This document shows, one piece after another, positions 19,475 through 30,504 of a DNA stretch of 64,000 nucleotides (the stretch's first letter is position 1; each line of letters starts with the position of its first letter). A program made the position numbers and the translations under genes. The stretch spans positions 96,001 through 160,000 of the forward strand of contig CAWJCY010000003.1 of NCBI GenBank assembly GCA_963841565.1. The letters are read 5' to 3'. Below the pieces are notes generated by a model that worked only from the letters and a program-made list of their open reading frames with translations, made no database searches and was not told where the DNA came from. The stretch comes from an uncultured Nitrososphaerales archaeon. GTDB taxonomy: Archaea > Thermoproteota > Nitrososphaeria > Nitrososphaerales > Nitrososphaeraceae.

Positions 19475-20755
19475 TTGAATCAAAAGAGCAAAAGCGTCCT
19501 AATAATCGGTGGTGGAGGAAGGGAACATGCCTTAGGCTGGAAAATTTCTCAGAGTAACCTTGTCAAAAGTGTTTATTATGCTCCTGGAAATGCCGGTACT
19601 ATAAACAATGTCCCGATTCAACCCAATGACTTCGAGAAGTTAGTCGCATTTGCACAAAGTAAGAATTGCTTTACCTTAGTAGGACCAGAAGCACCTATAT
19701 CTTTAGGGATTGTAGACTACTTTTCGGCTCGAGATTTAGGGATTTTTGGTCCCTCGTCAAGAGCCGCCAAGATAGAAACAAGCAAGTCATTTGCGAAGGG
19801 ACTATTGCAGTCAAGCGGTATTCCAACACCGCGATTTGCAACATTTACGGACCACCAGGAGGCAATAGACTACGTGCTAAAGCAATCCGAAGCCTTAGTT
19901 ATAAAGGCTGACGGTTTGGCAGCAGGGAAAGGAGTGATTGTATGCGAAAGTCAGGAAGAGGCGATCAATGCAATCGAAGCGATGATGGTAAAGAGAATTT
20001 TTGGGGAAGCTGGTGACCAAATTGTGATCGAGGAAAGAATTAGGGGACAAGAGGTTTCCCTTATCGTTCTTTCAGACGGAACTAACATCAAGGCATTTCC
20101 TACATGTAGAGACTACAAGAATATTGCCGACGGGAACGTTGGTCCCAATACCGGAGGAATGGGCAGCTTTTCCCCGGTTCCTTACGTTAGTCAAGAGACA
20201 CAGCGACGAATCATTGATGATATCCTAGAGCGGACCGTCTCGATTATGAAATCTAATTCGCTGCCGTTTGCTGGCTTCCTCTACGCCGGATTAATGATTG
20301 ATAAGAAAGGTAAAGCAAGCGTATTGGAGTTCAATGCGAGGATGGGTGATCCAGAATGCCAATCCTTGATGGTGAGGATGAACTCTGACCTATTTGAGTA
20401 TCTTTCGTTTGCAGAGGCTGGAAAATTAGACGAGCTTCCACCTCTGCAATGGAAGGACCTGACTTCAATCTGTGTAGTGATGGCTGCAAAGGGATACCCA
20501 TCGAAGTTCCAAAAAGGTGAAATTATACACGGTTTGAGAAATGCATATCCAAAAGATACCAGCATATTTCATTCTGGAACTACTCAAGATGCGTCAGGAC
20601 ATATATTGACTAATGGCGGGAGGGTGCTTTGCATAACATCGCTTGCGTCTAATTTGAGAGAAGCAAGGCAACGGGTCTATGAGGTTGCTAAACAAATTAC
20701 TTGGGGTAAAAATGGTCAATACTTTAGAAAAGATATTGGAATGTATTCAATCTAG
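19475..20755 (+). CDS. purD: Phosphoribosylamine--glycine ligase
   Basis: GGGGREHA, APGNAG, KADGLAAGKGV, GPNTGGMG, EFNARMGDPE, TNGGRVL. Confidence 0.97.
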   Translation: MNQKSKSVLIIGGGGREHALGWKISQSNLVKSVYYAPGNAGTINNVPIQPNDFEKLVAFAQSKNCFTLVGPEAPISLGIVDYFSARDLGIFGPSSRAAKIETSKSFAKGLLQSSGIPTPRFATFTDHQEAIDYVLKQSEALVIKADGLAAGKGVIVCESQEEAINAIEAMMVKRIFGEAGDQIVIEERIRGQEVSLIVLSDGTNIKAFPTCRDYKNIADGNVGPNTGGMGSFSPVPYVSQETQRRIIDDILERTVSIMKSNSLPFAGFLYAGLMIDKKGKASVLEFNARMGDPECQSLMVRMNSDLFEYLSFAEAGKLDELPPLQWKDLTSICVVMAAKGYPSKFQKGEIIHGLRNAYPKDTSIFHSGTTQDASGHILTNGGRVLCITSLASNLREARQRVYEVAKQITWGKNGQYFRKDIGMYSI

Positions 20756-21340
20756 GGCGAACGATCGGAAGCCGGTCTCTGTCACCACATTATCAACCTT
20801 CATGTCATACTTAGAATGGGGCAGAAACCGTGTCTTTATAATTTGAATATCGAATGCTAGCCCAATTACTGTCATCTGTCCTTTATTTCTTAAGAAATTA
20901 TCATAGTATCCCATTCCATGACCTAATCTGTAACCGTGTAAATCAAAAGCGATGCCTGGGACGATCAGAAGATCCATGGTTTTGGAGACATCACATTCCG
21001 TACCGTTTGGCTCTAAAATCCCAAATTTTCCTTTGAGCAGAGAATTAATACGATTTTTATCAATCTTATGAAAGCTCATTGATTCTGAATCCATAACCCG
21101 AGGGACGGCCATAGTTTTCAAGTTTCTAAAGCCTGCCTCAATGATCAGCCGAGTCCTGACCTCTGAGCCATGAGCTAAATACACTCCCAGTACGTTGGAT
21201 TCTTCAAAGAAACTGCTTGTAGTAAATATTTCTTGTATTTGCTTGCTCTTACTGTGGATTTCTTGTTCAGTCAGACCATTTCTCTTGGCTAACATTTCGC
21301 GTCGCAAGATTCTCTTACTATCAGCAATGAAGGAGCTCAA
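20747..21340 (-). CDS. 5-formyltetrahydrofolate cyclo-ligase
   Basis: SEVRT, FGILEP, VPGIAFD..GYRLGHGMGYYD. Confidence 0.93.
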   Translation of the reverse strand: MSSFIADSKRILRREMLAKRNGLTEQEIHSKSKQIQEIFTTSSFFEESNVLGVYLAHGSEVRTRLIIEAGFRNLKTMAVPRVMDSESMSFHKIDKNRINSLLKGKFGILEPNGTECDVSKTMDLLIVPGIAFDLHGYRLGHGMGYYDNFLRNKGQMTVIGLAFDIQIIKTRFLPHSKYDMKVDNVVTETGFRSFALD

Positions 21341-21484
21341 TATGCACCTAACCCTCTAATCAGTACGGAACACCTTTTTATTGTACTTTTAACTCACAAA
21401 CATCTTTTGTGATGAATACTGTCAAGAAAATCTTCATGCTACCCAGTACACCTAAAATCTCCCTGGATATTCTCTAAATCGATC

Positions 21485-22105
21485 TCAATTGTTGATCTGT
21501 ACGTTCCTTCCCAAAATCTTGACCCTATTTTCAGAAACCATCTTAACTGCCATTGGATAGATGACATGTTCATCCTTCAAAATACGATCCGACAAGGTCT
21601 TTTCGGTGTCATATGAGAAAACAGGGGCACTCTTTTGGATGATAATCGGACCGGTGTCTAAACCTTCGTCGACAAAATGAACAGTGCAACCGCTTATTTT
21701 AACTCCGTATTCTACGGCTTGGCGTTGAGCATGTAACCCTGGAAAGGAGGGGAGTAATGAAGGATGGATGTTTAGTATTCTATTTTTGAAGATATGGACG
21801 AATTCGGGGCTCAATAATCTCATAAAACCTGCCAAACAAACCAGGCCATTTGTTGGAGATATCTCGTATTTTTGAAGCAGCGTCATTAAATTTTTGTCGT
21901 ACTTCCATCCTTTGAGCTCGTTATTGTCTAGAATTTCTGTAGACACGCCAAAGTTTTCCCTAGCGACAGCAAGGCCACGTGCTTCTGGCAAATTTGAAAG
22001 AACCAAAGCAGGTTGGGCTTGCGGTAATTGCCCCTGCCTAATTGCAGTTAGGATCGCATTCATATTACTTCCTCGACCAGATATTAAAATGGCCAGTTTC
22101 ATCAA
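21485..22105 (-). CDS. purN: Phosphoribosylglycinamide formyltransferase (folate-dependent)
   Basis: LISGRGSN, LAGFMRLL, NIHPSLLPSFPG, GCTVHFVDEGLDTGPII. Confidence 0.97.
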   Translation of the reverse strand: MMKLAILISGRGSNMNAILTAIRQGQLPQAQPALVLSNLPEARGLAVARENFGVSTEILDNNELKGWKYDKNLMTLLQKYEISPTNGLVCLAGFMRLLSPEFVHIFKNRILNIHPSLLPSFPGLHAQRQAVEYGVKISGCTVHFVDEGLDTGPIIIQKSAPVFSYDTEKTLSDRILKDEHVIYPMAVKMVSENRVKILGRNVQINN

Positions 22106-22191
22106 TTAGTTCATAACAAGTTGCCTGTCAGCTAATATTTATCTGAATCGTGGTAAAGTTAAGCTCAGCTTAGGTAGGACGTGGCGCATGC

Positions 22192-23313
22192 GTGCAACCA
22201 TCAACATTAAAATACTTCGGCGAAGAATGGGTCAAGGCCTGTAGATTGAGAATCCAAGTTGCAATTAATGAAGGAGTCTTGGCAGTTCAAGTTGGCAGTA
22301 AATCCATCTCTTTGGATCCTAAACGGCAATATAATTCTGATTTTACATTTGTTTCACACGCACACATGGATCACCTTGCATTGCGTAGAAAGAAAAGTAA
22401 CTGTTCGAGGAAGATATTGGCTTCACAAGCTACTGCTGTAATAGCTAAATCCAGAGGGCATGATTTGGAAACACCAGTAGAGACTCCTGAGGAATACAAT
22501 CTTGTAGATACGGGGCATATTCTAGGTTCCAGAGGTTTTCTGATCCCTGATGAATTTTTTTATACTGGAGACATATCTATACGGGAACGGGCATTCCTAA
22601 AGGGTATAAGACCTCCAAAAGCTAAGAATTTAATCTTGGAATCTACTTTTGCTAGGCCGGAGTATGTTTTTCCTTCATTGGACCAGTGCATTCACGAGAC
22701 CAATGAGCTGATATCGAAAATGTACAATCGGGGCATTCCACTGATTCTAATGGGCTATCCATTGGGAAAGGCTCAACTCCTCACCGAATTTTTCAGGCAT
22801 TGGGATCCGCTGATCGTCCATGAATCAGTGCACGAAATGAACTCTGTCTATAGGCAATTGGGGATACCGTTGAAAGAAGGTATGACCTTTTCACAGGCAA
22901 GGGAAAGAGGAATGATTCAACGCGGCGTACCATGGATAATGATATCTCCTTTCATGAGCAAGGGAGCAGAGCTTATTAGAACTTTGAAATCATGTTGCAA
23001 TGCTGTCACAGTCGGCTTTACAGGCTGGGCAACAAGGGCAAGATTTAGACAGGTAATGGGCTTGGATTATGCGATCCCAATAAGCGACCACTGCGATTTT
23101 GCTGAGTTACTTGAAATCGTGAGGTACTGTAATCCTGAAAAAGTGTATACGATGCACGGATTTGCAGATTATTTTGCCATGACACTGCGGACCATGGGCT
23201 ATGAGGCAAAGGCTCTCATGGGGCAGAACAAACGAAAGAGTGAAGGTACCAAACAAATAAGGAAGATACCTCTCTCAAAAAATCAAAGTCTGATTGACTC
23301 TTACTTTGGCTAA
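22192..23313 (+). CDS. Metallo-beta-lactamase/beta-CASP fold nuclease
   Basis: SHAHMDH, GHILGS, YTGD, ESTF, YPLGKAQ, SDHCDF, MHG; C-terminal QSLIDSYF. Confidence 0.88.
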   Translation: MQPSTLKYFGEEWVKACRLRIQVAINEGVLAVQVGSKSISLDPKRQYNSDFTFVSHAHMDHLALRRKKSNCSRKILASQATAVIAKSRGHDLETPVETPEEYNLVDTGHILGSRGFLIPDEFFYTGDISIRERAFLKGIRPPKAKNLILESTFARPEYVFPSLDQCIHETNELISKMYNRGIPLILMGYPLGKAQLLTEFFRHWDPLIVHESVHEMNSVYRQLGIPLKEGMTFSQARERGMIQRGVPWIMISPFMSKGAELIRTLKSCCNAVTVGFTGWATRARFRQVMGLDYAIPISDHCDFAELLEIVRYCNPEKVYTMHGFADYFAMTLRTMGYEAKALMGQNKRKSEGTKQIRKIPLSKNQSLIDSYFG

Positions 23314-23316
23314 CTC

Positions 23317-24399
23317 TTAGCTATCTTTCCTATTTTTGAAATACGGTATGACCTTGTTTCCAAACGACTCAATATTCTTGAAATACCCATCTCCCCAGAA
23401 GCGTATAATAAAATGGTTAGTTCCGGCTTTAATGAACCTTTCAAGCATTTCTATTACATCATCTGATTTGCCCACTCCAATGGCCGACCTTGCAACACTA
23501 TCAGGAATCTTGAGAGCCGCACGTTTCATCTGCTGCATCAATTCGGGCTTGTTCATAGCGTACTCTGTGAAATACCTTCGAAAGTCGAATTCTGAATCTT
23601 GTTCGATATCGTGGACCTTGAGCAGTTCTGGTTTGTACAAACTAACCTTCACTGCATTCTTCATCTTATTCCATGCTTCTTCGCCATCTTCAGTGAAGTA
23701 TATGTCCACGTCGTTAGCGAACTGAAAATCCTCTAGACTCCTCTCATGTTCCTTCGCCTTTTCTATAATCACCGACGCGTGATGTTTGAAAAGTTCAGGC
23801 GTATATCCGATAGGGATCCATCCGTCTCCGTAACGTGCGCACAAATCTAATGTCTTTGGTGCTCCAGCTGCAATGTAAATTGGTGGACGAGGTTTACGAA
23901 CGCTCTTTGTCTGCAGGCAGGCATTTATCAGCTTGTAGTAATTACCATCGTAGTTTACACGATTGTCTGGGTCGGAATTGAACAATTTTTCGATTACCTC
24001 TAGCTGCTCCTTGAATTTTGTCACAGGCTTCTCAAATTCAATTCCGAAGTCTACCACGTTTTGAGCTTCGCCTGCTCCTATTCCCAAAATTGCGCGCCCT
24101 TTTGTAATCCTGTCAAGAGTAATAGTGGATTGTGCAATTGTCGAAGGATGCCTCCTTATAGCATCAGTGACGCAAGTGCCAAGCTCAACATTCTGAGTCA
24201 CTGCCCCTATTGCCGACAACATCAGCCAAGCGTCATTAACGACTGCATTTTTCCACTGAGGAACATTAGAATGATCCATCATCCAAACGGAATCATAGTT
24301 CATTCTGTCTGCCATTTGACAAGCAGTCATTATCTGAGTTTCGTCTAATCCTAGTCTTGCAACGTTCAGTCCTTGAGTAAATCCAAATTTTATCTTCAT
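23317..24399 (-). CDS. LLM-class (luciferase-like, probably F420-dependent) oxidoreductase
   Basis: DSVWMMDH, LGTCVTD..RRHP, GRAILGIGAGE, YGDGW. Confidence 0.9.
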   Translation of the reverse strand: MKIKFGFTQGLNVARLGLDETQIMTACQMADRMNYDSVWMMDHSNVPQWKNAVVNDAWLMLSAIGAVTQNVELGTCVTDAIRRHPSTIAQSTITLDRITKGRAILGIGAGEAQNVVDFGIEFEKPVTKFKEQLEVIEKLFNSDPDNRVNYDGNYYKLINACLQTKSVRKPRPPIYIAAGAPKTLDLCARYGDGWIPIGYTPELFKHHASVIIEKAKEHERSLEDFQFANDVDIYFTEDGEEAWNKMKNAVKVSLYKPELLKVHDIEQDSEFDFRRYFTEYAMNKPELMQQMKRAALKIPDSVARSAIGVGKSDDVIEMLERFIKAGTNHFIIRFWGDGYFKNIESFGNKVIPYFKNRKDS

Positions 24400-24564
24400 T
24401 TATGACAATAATCCCCCTTCTAATTCAAAATTTTGGATATGCATATCGTTAGTAGATCCACTGAGCACATGTATTTAAAAATATTCAATGCTTTAATCAA
24501 GCAAATCATTCACTTTCAAAATAACCTTTAAATACTAAAAAAGTCGTTTTTTTATATCCTCAAA

Positions 24565-24972
24565 ATGTTGCTGCCTTCAGAAATAGAAGCAAAGTCTCTC
24601 ATCCCCGCTGTTAGAGCTATTTTAGCACAAAAACTAACTGGCGAATATGGGATGAAGGAAGAAGTTGTTGCAAAAGTCCTTGGGGTAACACAAGCAGCAG
24701 TCAGCAATTATGTTCGGGGAACTCGAGGCGACACAGAGTTAATGTCTAAACTTGGCCTAGTGAATCAAATAACTGAAATGATAGATGATATAGCGCGAGA
24801 CTTGGCGTCAAATAAAGCATATACACCTTATACTATGTCTAAATTTATTGAACTCTGCAACTATATTCGCCACTCTTTAATTATTTGTGATATACATCAC
24901 AACATTGAATCCAACATAGACGAAGGAGTCTGTCAACTCTGTAAGGGAAATTTGATGTCAGGTAGGTTCTAG
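24565..24972 (+). CDS. Predicted HTH transcriptional regulator (COG2522-like)
   Basis: LPSEIEAKSLIPAVRAILA, VAKVLGVTQAAVSNYVRGTRG HTH, C-terminal C..HH..C..C. Confidence 0.85.
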   Translation: MLLPSEIEAKSLIPAVRAILAQKLTGEYGMKEEVVAKVLGVTQAAVSNYVRGTRGDTELMSKLGLVNQITEMIDDIARDLASNKAYTPYTMSKFIELCNYIRHSLIICDIHHNIESNIDEGVCQLCKGNLMSGRF

Positions 24973-24973
24973 C

Positions 24974-26278
24974 TTATTGATGTGAATTCCTATCATTCTG
25001 CACTCCTCCAAATAATGTCTTTGTAACGAATGGTAGTATTTCAGTTCCTTTCATCGATCCTCTGCTCCCTCGCAAAGATTCTTTTTCTGTAAATCTCTTA
25101 CTCCCGTCTCTTTCGACACCTGCGCCGGTAAATAATACAGGGACGGGATCATCTGTATGTGCCTTTCTTATGCAAGGTGTAGAGTGGTCACCTGAAACAA
25201 TTAGCATTGTTCTTGATACGTCCACATTTTTTAGTAAAGTACCGAAGAAAAGATCGTCTATTTGTTCTATGCTCATTTTCTTTCCATTTGCATCACCATC
25301 ATGACCAAATTCATCCGGGCCTTTGATATGTACATATACAATATCCCATTTCTTAATTTGTTCTATACACTTCCTTGCCTTTTCCTGATACGCGTTAATG
25401 TCGCCACCCGATGTGTAGTGCATCCCTGTGATTCTTGATATTCCAACCTCAACTGGCATATCAACCACAGAACCAAACTCTAAGCCATATCGCTTTGAAA
25501 TTGGTTCAATCGAAGGTAAATGATTTCCCGAATCTCGCAACAAAATCGCATTCATCGGCTTCATTCCCTTAGCTGCGCGACGACTATTCACGGGGTGATC
25601 GGCCAATATCTGGACTACCTGTCTGCTGAATTCATTTATTGCCTGTGCTGAGGCGGCTGCAGAATCTCCTTCCTCCTCCGGTACACAGTCTTGAATCCTC
25701 AGGACTGTGCTATCTCTGGCTATCCCTATTCCATCAATCCGATCATATGCCGGATCTGTGTTCGATACCTTTGACGAGAGCCTCAAGGAAGGATCGCTGA
25801 ATTTAACGATTACTCGATGCCCAATGCTTGGTTGTAAAGTGACGTTGATATTGTGAGTAAACTTCAGACTCTCTTTCAGTGTCCTGCAAACCTCGAGGGC
25901 TTCATCGTGTTCAATAGTCCTACCTGCCCTCCTATCAGTTATATTCCCTAGATCGTCAATAGTCGCAAAGTTTCCCCGTAGTACGAGGTCACCATTCCTA
26001 AAATCTATTCCCATGCCCAATGCTTCTATGATACCACGTCCTGGGTATCCAACATCCTTAAAATCATATCCTAGCATGTTAAAAACTGCAATGTCGGATT
26101 GGGGGGCAATTCCTTTCCCTACGCTGATCACACTTCCTAAACAGCCATTGGAAGTCAACTGGTCTAGATTGGGTGTTCGCGCTGCTTCTAGAGGAGTAAG
26201 TCCTCCAAGCAATGGATGTGGCAAATCACCCACGCCATCTAATAAGACATATATAGCTTTTGAAGAAGCTGGACTCAA
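24974..26278 (-). CDS. apgM: 2,3-bisphosphoglycerate-independent phosphoglycerate mutase (archaeal)
   Basis: LDGVGDLP, TPLEAARTPNLD, DRRAGR, HIKGPDEFGHDG, GDHSTP, HTDDPVP. Confidence 0.93.
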   Translation of the reverse strand: MSPASSKAIYVLLDGVGDLPHPLLGGLTPLEAARTPNLDQLTSNGCLGSVISVGKGIAPQSDIAVFNMLGYDFKDVGYPGRGIIEALGMGIDFRNGDLVLRGNFATIDDLGNITDRRAGRTIEHDEALEVCRTLKESLKFTHNINVTLQPSIGHRVIVKFSDPSLRLSSKVSNTDPAYDRIDGIGIARDSTVLRIQDCVPEEEGDSAAASAQAINEFSRQVVQILADHPVNSRRAAKGMKPMNAILLRDSGNHLPSIEPISKRYGLEFGSVVDMPVEVGISRITGMHYTSGGDINAYQEKARKCIEQIKKWDIVYVHIKGPDEFGHDGDANGKKMSIEQIDDLFFGTLLKNVDVSRTMLIVSGDHSTPCIRKAHTDDPVPVLFTGAGVERDGSKRFTEKESLRGSRGSMKGTEILPFVTKTLFGGVQNDRNSHQ

Positions 26279-26433
26279 TCCTAAAGAACAATATCAAACC
26301 TGATTTATTCTTATTGAGACAAGATCAATGCGGGAAGATATTAAATGCATTAAATACAGCAAAACCGCTTCTTGGATAGGAGCAATTCCTTGACCTACTT
26401 ATTATATCTGCTCCATCGCAATATTCTCTTGAG

Positions 26434-27777
26434 TTGAAAGTAGCATTGACAGTCGCAGGTAGCGACTCAGGAGGAGGAGCTGGAATACAGTCTGATATCA
26501 AGACTTTTTCTGCACTTGGCATCTTTGGTTGCTCAGTGGTTACAGCAATAACATCACAAAATACTTTTGAATTGAGAAATATATTCCCCATTCCACCTAA
26601 AATAATTTCCAATCAGTTAAAATCAATATTGTCTGACTTCAAGCTGGCCGTCGCTAAAATCGGAATGGTATATAATGCCGAGATAATGGAAGTGGTACAC
26701 AAAAAACTCAAGAATGCCAAATTTCCAATAGTTGTAGATCCGATCCTCTCTACTGGAACAGGATATAGTTTAATTTTCAAAAATGACCTTGAATATTTTA
26801 AGGATTCTATTATTCCTATGTCGTATCTGATTACCCCTAATTTGCCTGAGGCGGAAGCTATTACTGGGACAAAAATTAGAACTACCAAGACATTAATCGA
26901 TGCAGCCAATATACTTTTGGACATGGGGGCAACTAACGTGGTGATAAAAGGCGGACATTCTAAAATAACTAAGAGTATTACAGATTTCCTTCTTACCCAA
27001 GATAGAGAAGTGGTTAAATTAAGAAAGGAACGAATAGAAATCAATCCATTACATGGCTTGGGGTGCAACTTCTCAGCTGCCGTCACTGCCGAACTGGCAA
27101 GGCAAACTCCGTTAAAACACGCTTGTCACCGAGCGAGTGAATTTATTTTATCAGGCATGACCAATTCTATACAAGTAGGAAAAGGGTCTTCGGTAGTTGA
27201 TCCCTTTCTATTTCTCTATTCAAATTCAGATAAATTCCTCGTAATTAAAGACTTGGATACAGCCGTGACTAATATTGAATCAATTGAAAATTTCGGTTCC
27301 ATAATACCGGAAACTTCGTCCAACCTAGTATATGCAATCTCTCACCCGGCAGATCTATCAGACGTCGCTGCAGTAGAAGGAAGGATTGCAAGAGTAGGCA
27401 ACCGAGCGAAGGCCGTGGGACGAATTCAATTTGGAGCATCAAAGCACGTGGGGTCAGCAGTCTTAAGTTATATGAAAGTACACCCTCACATACGATCTGC
27501 CATCAATTTACGATATGATGAGAAGATCCTTGCGATTTGCAAAAAAAATTTTAAGGTAGCATTGTATGATAGGCATGTCGAACCAAGGGACAGGAAAGTT
27601 ACGGAAGGAAAGTCGATCCCCTGGGGAATTGAAACTGCATTGCGAATAAATCCTAATGCAGATGTTATCTATCATTTGGGCGACATTGGAAAAGAGGCCA
27701 TGATTCTAGTATTTGATACAAATCCGTCTCGCTTGGTAGGAAAGGTTAACAATATCCTTATCGAGTTCCTCAAATAA
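26434..27777 (+). CDS. thiDN: Bifunctional HMP/HMP-P kinase - thiamine-phosphate synthase ThiDN
   Basis: [30 protein letters not shown]; C-terminal ThiN domain ([20 protein letters not shown]). Confidence 0.95.
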   Translation: MKVALTVAGSDSGGGAGIQSDIKTFSALGIFGCSVVTAITSQNTFELRNIFPIPPKIISNQLKSILSDFKLAVAKIGMVYNAEIMEVVHKKLKNAKFPIVVDPILSTGTGYSLIFKNDLEYFKDSIIPMSYLITPNLPEAEAITGTKIRTTKTLIDAANILLDMGATNVVIKGGHSKITKSITDFLLTQDREVVKLRKERIEINPLHGLGCNFSAAVTAELARQTPLKHACHRASEFILSGMTNSIQVGKGSSVVDPFLFLYSNSDKFLVIKDLDTAVTNIESIENFGSIIPETSSNLVYAISHPADLSDVAAVEGRIARVGNRAKAVGRIQFGASKHVGSAVLSYMKVHPHIRSAINLRYDEKILAICKKNFKVALYDRHVEPRDRKVTEGKSIPWGIETALRINPNADVIYHLGDIGKEAMILVFDTNPSRLVGKVNNILIEFLK

Positions 27778-27833
27778 TCTGATTACACGTGAATTATTTT
27801 TTGGATACTGATTGTTAAGTATATACGTGACTT

Positions 27834-28569
27834 GTGGGGTCAAAAGATGCTGTGAAGGCCGTTATATTGGCAGGCGGGCTTGGTACCCGACTGCAACCAT
27901 ACACCTTTTTCATTCCAAAACCTATGCTGCCTTTGGGCAATAAACCACTTCTTGAGCATATCATCTCTTGGCTGACAAACGGAAGCTCCAATAAGATTGA
28001 TCACGTTGTGATATGTGTAAGCTACCTTCATAGAACGATAGAAGATTACTTTGAGGATGGTCGAAGATTTGGAGTGAAGATAGATTATGCTAGATCAGAT
28101 AGACCTTTAGCAACGGCTGGCCAACTAAAGACTGCCGAACAATTCCTTGCAGATGAGACGTTTGTTTGCCTCTACGGCGACTCCATTTATGAATTTGATA
28201 TTTACAGAATGATTCGCGAACACAGGAAGTCGAAGGCGTTTTTGTCAATGGCTCTGCTTCGTTACAGGACTAACTTAAAGTACGGAGTAATAGAAGTAGT
28301 AGGCAAATCCAATCGAGTATCTTCATGGAACGAAAAACCTGAAATTACTGGTCTAATAAACATCGGTTGTTACGTCATTGAACCAGAATTTTTTAAGCTG
28401 GTACCCAAATCTAGTGCATACGGGATGGATGAAGCAGTGAAAAAGGCTCTGCAAGATAAAAAAATAGTGCGAGGATTCACGATAGATTCCGGTTTTGTAG
28501 ACATAGGGGATAAGAAGACTTATCTAGACGAGTACAAAAAAATTCGTTAAGAAGCTAGGAAAAATATGA
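27834..28569 (+). CDS. Nucleotidyltransferase (mannose-1-P guanylyltransferase-like); probable extra A in the 28536-28542 run
   Basis: ILAGGLGTRLQPYT..PKPMLP, YGD, EKP, DIG. As read it stops at 28550; removing one A gives ...EYKKFVKKLGKI* ending at 28569. Confidence 0.88.
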
Positions 28570-29002
28570 GTAGTTAAATTAGTATTCTACAATATTAGAA
28601 TAAGTTTGTTTCAAAATAATATCAGGTCATGTGATTAAGTCTAAGCATACACATTCTGTCAGCCATGAACTACCTCACTCCTCTCGCACGCATAGCCTTA
28701 ATGATGTAACCGAGTGAATTAAGTTATGTACTTTACAGTTTTTCTGAGTATCTTATCTGTAAGATATTTGAGGGTATTTGAAAGGGAGTGAATCTTGACC
28801 TCCATTTCAAAGGAGTAAATAGGTGTTGGCTCAGGGCGAAGGTAAATAGCGGCCTACATTATAGTCAAGCCTCTAACTAATACCCCACTCGATAACCTTT
28901 ACTGCATTATTCTCACTGAATAAATAGCAATCTCGGGGAGTCGTATTATGACTGATCCGATGCTATGTTAATCTTAAAACAAAACTGGGGAGAAAAATAG
29001 GA

Positions 29003-29455
29003 TTATTGATCATAATCTCTCGCATGTCTAACCCTGCTTTGCGGAGCAAATCTGGCAATATAAGTCCCTATAGATAGCACACCTATTCCAGCTGCTACAA
29101 AAATTTTCGGTGCGTAATCCAACCCTGCTGTTCTGAATTGGATATTAATATCTTGTATCATTGTATCGGTAATCCACATTCCCACAATGAGTATCAACCC
29201 TGTCAAAATGAGAATCAGTCCTGCAAAGACATTTCTACTTCGAAAAGACAGGCCAAACACAACACCTGCTAAAATAAGACTTGGGGCCCCTGAAATTGAA
29301 ATGGTTTGTGCAAGTAGTGCTCCTGGATCAACATCAACATTCGGACCTTCCTCTTCTGGTCCTATCAAGAATGCATAAAATGATATCATCATCGATACAA
29401 AAAGTGAACCCATGGCTAGAGCCCCAATAGAAGTCCAACTTTCTAACTTCGCCAT
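29003..29455 (-). CDS. Hypothetical four-TM membrane protein
   Basis: Four hydrophobic segments, 150 aa. Confidence 0.75.
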   Translation of the reverse strand: MAKLESWTSIGALAMGSLFVSMMISFYAFLIGPEEEGPNVDVDPGALLAQTISISGAPSLILAGVVFGLSFRSRNVFAGLILILTGLILIVGMWITDTMIQDINIQFRTAGLDYAPKIFVAAGIGVLSIGTYIARFAPQSRVRHARDYDQ

Positions 29456-29478
29456 GTACTGACCAACAACTACAAGAG

Positions 29479-30504
29479 TCAGGTTATGCCCACAAGCTCT
29501 GCCAATTCTTTCCTGCAGGCAGCTCCAAGTATCTCTGCACCTTTTTCAGGTCCAACCCTATTCACATAGACACCGTATCCTCGCTCAAGACCGGACCAAG
29601 TATGCAGCTGGGGATACACCTCTATATGCCAGTGGATCTGTCTGCTATTTTTCTTTTCGGGCGAAAGATGAAACACTAAATTAAAGGGAACATTGTTAAG
29701 CGCTCTCGACAGTCCCCCCAATGTCGCCCTCAAGATCATTGCTAATCCGTTTATTTCCTTTTGGCTGATCTTAGAGAATGTCGTCATGTGCTTCTTTGGA
29801 TAAATCCAAAATTCATATGGGTAGCTTGAGGCCCAGGGACAGAATGCAAGATATGTATCAGTAGATAATATCTGTCTAGGCCCCTCTGATTCAACGCCCA
29901 GTGTTATACAGGCAGGACAATTTCCGTTTTCGTTCATGAATTTGTGAGCCGCCTCCGCTTCGATCTCAATAACTGGAGGTATAGTGGACAATGTTAGGAG
30001 ATTTAAATGTGGATGGGACGAAGCAGCCCCTGCTGCGGTCCCATCATTAACGTATATGGATACGTAAGTCACTCCCTTCTGGGTGTACAGCCATCTAACT
30101 CTGTCTTGAATGACGAGCAGGACATTAGTCCACTGCTCAATAGATATCGAAGACAAATTCGCGTTGTGATCGGGAGAGGCTACTACAATTTGATGATAGC
30201 CGTAAGCTGGTTCGCTATAGTGCGGCTTATCCGTGTAATCCACTGACTCCAAAGTTGTGACAGACGGATTGCTGCTTTGAAACACACGAACACACCATTC
30301 TTCAATGGGACTTTCCTCAGTATCAGATAACCTCTTAAGGATCCCGTCCTTTGCCACAAGAGCCAAGGTAGCGCGCTCTGTCATCAATTCATTGCCAGGA
30401 CAGAACGGACAACCAGAAGACAGATCTGCGTTAGCCGAGTTATTCATTTGATACGGAAGAATTACAAACTTTTCAAGAACATAGTCTTTTCTTAAATTAC
30501 CCAA
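29479..30504 (-). CDS. galT: Galactose-1-phosphate uridylyltransferase family (HIT)
   Basis: CPFCPGNE, AYGYHQIVV, AGAASSHPH, HWHIEVYP, GLERG. Confidence 0.88.
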   Translation of the reverse strand: MGNLRKDYVLEKFVILPYQMNNSANADLSSGCPFCPGNELMTERATLALVAKDGILKRLSDTEESPIEEWCVRVFQSSNPSVTTLESVDYTDKPHYSEPAYGYHQIVVASPDHNANLSSISIEQWTNVLLVIQDRVRWLYTQKGVTYVSIYVNDGTAAGAASSHPHLNLLTLSTIPPVIEIEAEAAHKFMNENGNCPACITLGVESEGPRQILSTDTYLAFCPWASSYPYEFWIYPKKHMTTFSKISQKEINGLAMILRATLGGLSRALNNVPFNLVFHLSPEKKNSRQIHWHIEVYPQLHTWSGLERGYGVYVNRVGPEKGAEILGAACRKELAELVGIT

